Source: Centroscyllium fabricii (taxonomy: Eukaryota). From it: a stretch of 64,000 nt of DNA. How positions within the stretch are numbered: the stretch's first letter is position 1; the number at the start of each line of letters is the position of its first letter. Below are positions 59,135-64,000 of the stretch, in pieces. The translations under genes were made by a program, and so were the position numbers. The stretch spans positions 74,958,001-75,022,000 of the forward strand of contig JBNRSN020000013.1 in the NCBI GenBank assembly GCA_051313645.2. Reading direction: 5' to 3'. The notes under the pieces were generated by a model. It was not told where the DNA came from. It was given only the letters and a program-made list of their open reading frames with translations, and searched no databases.

Positions 59135-60288
59135 TGTAACGTTTGGGTGTGGGACCCAAATGCGAGACACTGAAAAAGGCTGTCTAGAGCTAGAACTCCT
59201 TTATTTAATATAAAATACAGAAAACCTAATCAAATACATCCATACCATACAAAATATATAACATATAACACAAGTCTTCACTGAAGACTGGCACAAGCTT
59301 AATACAGAAAACTGAACCCTCGGGACACTCAGGAAAGAGTATCTCAATGACAGAAAGGGCCTCATATATAGTAGTAATGAAAAGTCCAAATATCTGAGTA
59401 CAGCTGATTGCAAACAATGTCCAACAGTACCCACAGGACACTCGGCCAAGAGCATCCCTGGATATAGTCCTCCTCAATGAAGTAGGAAACAGGTCTTCCT
59501 CTGAACTCCCAGGACACTCGGCAACGAGCATCCTGATAATAGAAAAGACCTCATTGCAGCAGAAATGAAATGTCCAAATATCTGAGCACCGGTAATAGAA
59601 GGCAATGTCCAGAATAAGCAATGGAACTCTCCCAGAGTCCGCCCTACAGCTGGGACTCATCTCTACCAGAGTCTTCAGAAGGAGAAATCCATTATTCAAC
59701 TAGCAGGGAAAAGCCCTACCAACACAGCCTCCATCGGAGCTCTAGAGTTTCAGATCATAACAAGTAATGTCCATAAAGTATAAATGGGAAGTCCAAACCT
59801 GATTACAGGTGATGAAGAACAGTGTCCAGAATGTAGAATTTAGGAATCTTCCAGAGTCCGCCCTTCAATAGGAACTCACTCTACCAGAGTCTTCTGAAGG
59901 AGAAATCCAAATCCAGGAATCTTCCAGAGTTCGCCCTTCAGCAGGGACTCACTTTCCCAGAGTCTTCAGAAGAAGAAATCCAAATCCACCAGCTTACTGC
60001 CTCCCACGAAGCTAGAAACACCTCTGTGTGTCCTAGTACTGCAAAATTTGTTACAAGCTACTTGGTAGAATAAAGTAGTATAATGATCCAGCGACTCCCT
60101 GGTCAAAGCACCCAGCTTATAAGCTGAACAGGCAAACAAGATTCATTAGTGCTAGCCAATAAGATGCAGGTATTGAGAACCAGGAACACACAGGTATGTG
60201 AACAGTTAATTGAGATACAATGAACCAAAACAGAGAACAAAAGATACATTCAAAATGGATTCCTTAAAGGGGAATGCCATCTGTGACA
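59135..60288 (-). mobile_element. 1154-bp solo LTR with internal tandem repeats
   Basis: TGTAAC...GTGACA termini and 5-bp TSD CTATG; minus-strand AATAAA near 59203 and GCATTTGGGTCC near the end, resembling fish Gypsy LTRs. Confidence 0.85.
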
Positions 60289-61142
60289 CTATGACTTTTG
60301 CAGCATCTTTGGTGAAGACAGATGCAAAGTACTCATTTAGTCTCAGCCATGCCCTCTGCCTCCATACGTAGATCTCCTTTTTGATCCTTAATTGGCCCCA
60401 CCCCTCCTCTTACAACCCTTTTATTATTTATATACCTATAGAAGCTGTTTGAATTCCCTTTTATGTTAGCTGCTAATCTATTCTCATACTCTCTTTTTGC
60501 CATCTTATTTTCTTTTTCATTTCCCCTCTGAACTTTCTATATTCAACCTGTTCTCACTTGTATTCTCAACCTGACATCTTTTTCTGCTTCATCTTACTAT
60601 CTCTTTCATCATCCAGGGAGCTCTGGCTTCAGTTGCCCTGCCTTTCCCTGCCCCCCCCCACCCCCCTTCGTGGGAATGTACCTCGACTATACCTGAACCA
60701 TCTCCTCTTTAAAGGCAGTCATTGTTCAATTACAATTTTGCCTGCCAATCTTTGATTCCAATTTACCTGGGCCAGATCTGTTCTGAACCCACTGAAATTT
60801 GCCTTCCTCCAATTAAGTATTTTTACTCCAGATTGCTCCCTGTCCTTTTCTAAACCTAATCTAAACCTTATGATACTATGATCACTGTTCCCTAAATGTT
60901 CCCCTACTGACACTTGCACCACTTGACCAACCTCATTCCCCAGAATCAGATCCAGCAATGCCTCCTTCCTCATTGGGCCAGAACCGTACTGATGAAGAAA
61001 ATTCTCCTGAACACACTTCAGAAATTCTTCCCCCTCTCGGCCCTTTACGCTATTACTATCCCAGTCTATATTAGGATAATTGAAATCCACCATTATTACT
61101 ACCCTATAGTTCCTGCACCTATCTGTAATTTCCCTGCAAATA

Positions 61143-61480
61143 CCATATGACCACCAGATGTGTCACTGAACAAGCCATCACCATGCTGAAGATGTGTTTC
61201 AGGGGCCTGGACAGATCTGCAGGTGCCCTTCCATACGCACCAGCCAGGGTCTCCAGAATGTTCGTGCTGTGCTGCACTCTGCACAGCATTTCCCAGCAGC
61301 AAGGTTTGGACCTGCAGGAGGACCAAGGCTCAGAGTACAGAGCCTCTTTGGAGCATTCCGAGGAGAATGAGGAAGACAAAGAGGAGTACGATGAAGAGGT
61401 GGAGGGTGATGAGAGCAATGGACCGCCAGCTACACACATTGCTGCCCGGGTTACCCTGATTATTGCGAGGTTTATTGAGG
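61143..61480 (+). pseudogene. C-terminal part of the H1 transposase
   Basis: HMTTRCVTEQAITMLKMCFRGLDRSAGAL...CCTLHS continues from ...AQQRYNE at 41213. Confidence 0.88.
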
Positions 61481-61789
61481 TTCCACCAGTGCACCCATCT
61501 AACAACCACATGCAAAAAGCTACTTTTCGCATCCACCCCCTCCCCCCCCCAATGCCACTAACACAAACAGTCCTGCAAACAACCAAGCATCCCTTTCACA
61601 TTCCCTATTGGTCGCCGTTAATTCACATCTTCCATCCATCCTCTGAAAAGGCCACTTGTCAGTCAGCAACCAAGAATGGGCAAGATGGGAAAGTGGTGCA
61701 AAAGCATAATATTTATGTGTTTCGAGTAAAGAACAGAAACTTAACAATATAACAATGTCTAAGACATCCAGGTACATACCCTTATACAA

Positions 61790-63761
61790 CTACAAATCTT
61801 TAATCTTCCTTTTCCTAGCACTTCTATGTGGTGCAACTCCTGTGGCTTGAGCAGAGGTAGAGGCAGGCTGCTTAGATCCCAGCTCTGACTGTTGAGCTGC
61901 CCTTGGCTGATGTCCTCTGGGCTTTGGAGCCCGTGATGGCCCCGCCCAAGACTGCTCCAGCTGCACCTGTACAATGGTAGACTGCGATTGGGACACGATG
62001 CAGCATGCCAGGTTCTGACGGGGGGTGGGGGGGGACGGGGAGCCGGGGGGATCAACAGGTGAGAAGTGGAAACGCTTTGAGTGGAGTCCCCACTTCCATG
62101 TCCCCTTTTGCCATTATCCATCTCATGGCCCAGCTGCACTTCCCTGCTACCACTGTGCTGGAGAACCCTTTGCTGCAGATCAGTGGGGCTCTGCAAGGCC
62201 AAGGCTAGGGTATTGGTCATCATATTTAAAGTGGCATCCAGAGTCTTCAGGCCCTTGTTCAAGACCTACTTGCACTTGTTTGATTGCCGCGTTTGATGCT
62301 CCATGCAGTTGGCCACTCTATCCATGGAAGAAAGTGTCATCACACTGGCCTGTGACAGGAACCCACTCTTGCTTGAGGTGGACTCCTCCAATCTATCTGC
62401 AATCATAGATAGTGTGCATTGAATGCCTGTCAGTACATTGCAGTTTCTCTGCTGCTGCTCAATGATTATCCTCTTCATCGACAGCCCCCGGGATACAGCA
62501 TCTGTGTCCAGCTTAGCAGAGCTTAGAGAGGCATGCGCCCTCTGACAGGGACTCTCCACTGCTGTCACTGACTCCACCATCTGCTCTTGCTCTCTTGTGA
62601 AGTGTGAGTCACCAGTGAAAATCCAATTATCTCTATTACTAGTCCTACTGAAGTGCGAGTAGCTGAGCTGGTGCATGGTCTGCATGAGTCCTGTGACAGT
62701 GCACATTCAGAGGGATTGAGTTCCTCTGAGGAAGCGTCGTCGACGACCTCTGAAAAACTCTTGCTGCACACATGAGGACCCTGTTGGAGATAAAAGACAT
62801 GAATGAGTACTGTCAAGGTAAGAATGCTGGAAGTTATCATTATGAACATGATCATATTTCACTCACTGTTGACATCGAGTCAACATGACCAAGTGTTGTA
62901 TGACATGTGGCTGTTTGATATTAATTCTGTTACCAGGTAGGTGGGAGGCCCCCCATCTCTGACAGCCAGGCATGCTGAGACTCTGATGATCTCCATCGCC
63001 TGCACTTGTGAGTTGTGTGATCTGTGGAAGGTCTCTGCCTCTCCCTGGTGTTCTGTGCCCTCTTCTCCTGCAAGGAGGGAAAGAACAGACTTATGAGTGA
63101 GTGTAATGGAATGTGTTCAACTTATAGATTGGAGTGCATTTGGTGAGGGTAAGTGTGGTAAACCTGTATTTCACCACTGTATTGTACCACTGTAATGGTA
63201 CCATAATGCACCACTGTACATATGTAAATATCAGTAAACAGGAGCCTGCCTCAGCTGACCCACCTCTGACTCCTCCCCTGAGTCCAGGTATATAGGTAGT
63301 TGCCTACCATCCCCCAGTCAGTACAGACCCGAGCTCAGCTGAGACACGCTCCATTCTATAGTTAATAAAAGCCTTCAGTTGAGGTAACTATTCGTCTTTG
63401 TGTCATAATTGACAAAACGTCAGTAAATATGAAGGAGAGGCATTAAAAGGCATAAGAGTGGGGATAAGTGGGAGTGGTGGATGGATAGATGGGGATGTGA
63501 GGAAGTGCATAGACAGAGAGGGATGGGTGCATCTGCAAGGTAAGTGGGTGTGAGGAGTGATGTGCTGGAGTAGGCTTGAGAAGCCTGAGTGTGGAGGTTG
63601 GGGTGATGCGCACATCAGGATGTAGGTGAATGTGCAACTGTACTCACCTTTCCTGACCTGCGTAGGTTATTAAACCACTTCTTGCACTACATCCAGGAGT
63701 TTGGCACTACGCTTCTGTTGCTCACCTCCTCTGCCACCTCCAACTACTCCTTCTTGGGCTG
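61790..63761 (-). pseudogene. H1 Myb/SANT-like gene, three exons, decayed
   Basis: Exon 1 ends near 63648 (CKKWFNNLRRSGK, then gtgagt); exon 2 at about 63070-62933 (EKRAQN); exon 3 from about 62781. Confidence 0.78.
63154..63422 (+). mobile_element. Solo LTR of the G1-G5 clade
   Basis: TGTGGTAA...ACGTCA termini, AATAAAAGCCTT motif, TSD GTAAG / GTAAA. Confidence 0.88.
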
Positions 63762-63948
63762 GGTCATTAAATACATTTAAGGTGGAGATAGACAAATTTT
63801 TGCAAGATAAGGGAGTGAAGGGTTATGGGGAGTTGGGGGGGGGGAAGTGGGTTTGAGCCCAAGATCAGCCATGATCTTATTAAATGGCGGAGCAGGCTCG
63901 AGGGGCCGAGTGGCCTATTCCTGCTCCTATTTCCTATGTTCTTATGTT
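63762..63948 (+). mobile_element. Short CR1 3' end
   Basis: FKVEIDKFLQDKGVKGYG, GGAGCAGGCTCGAGGGGCCGA and a (TTCCTATG)n tail. Confidence 0.88.
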
Positions 63949-64000
63949 TCTGCTGCAGATTTCCTCCTCCCATTGCTGGAGAGTACTATGTTCCTCCTAC

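Larger units (their letters stand above)
41214..61140 (-). mobile_element. Long CR1 LINE fragmented by four insertions (pieces 41214-41378, 46031-46451, 57334-57617, 58379-59134, 60289-61140)
   Basis: Collinear minus-strand pieces: endonuclease (DFNYPNIDW, LDLILGN, SDH), RT (KSPGPD, PEDWRIANVTPLFKKG, GVPQGSVLGP), C-terminus and (GATTCTAT)n tail. Confidence 0.85.
38499..64000. mobile_element. Autonomous-type Harbinger transposon H1 (decayed), host of a 20-kb nest; right end outside the window
   Basis: Left TIR GGGGGTAA..TTTTAAC split by a SINE; transposase on the plus strand and convergent Myb gene on the minus strand. Confidence 0.75.

Noticed and set aside
59226-59699. Protein-coding ORF (157 aa)
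   Set aside because: It arises from tandem repeats inside a solo LTR.

Overview
Eukaryotic, almost entirely transposon-derived DNA, most likely from a shark or other cartilaginous fish (HE1-type SINEs, CR1/HER1-type LINE tails). No host protein-coding exon was recognised. The window holds five Ty3/Gypsy LTR retrotransposons of one clade (one apparently intact and running off the left edge) and a solo LTR of that clade. It also holds two CsRn1-like Gypsy elements with a tRNA-Trp PBS, a 1.15-kb solo LTR, several PIF/Harbinger elements and MITEs, CR1, L2 and Rex1 LINEs, SINEs including a 5S-derived one, and Penelope-type fragments with minimal hammerhead ribozyme motifs. Insertions nest up to five levels deep. 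Main finding: none of the five same-clade Gypsy elements has a tRNA primer-binding site. Each 5' LTR is instead followed by one A and a 12-15 nt perfect reverse complement of its own LTR polyadenylation-signal region, co-varying between families. This suggests tRNA-independent self-priming and/or masking of the 5' poly(A) signal. All coordinates and mismatch counts were read by eye; no database searches were run.
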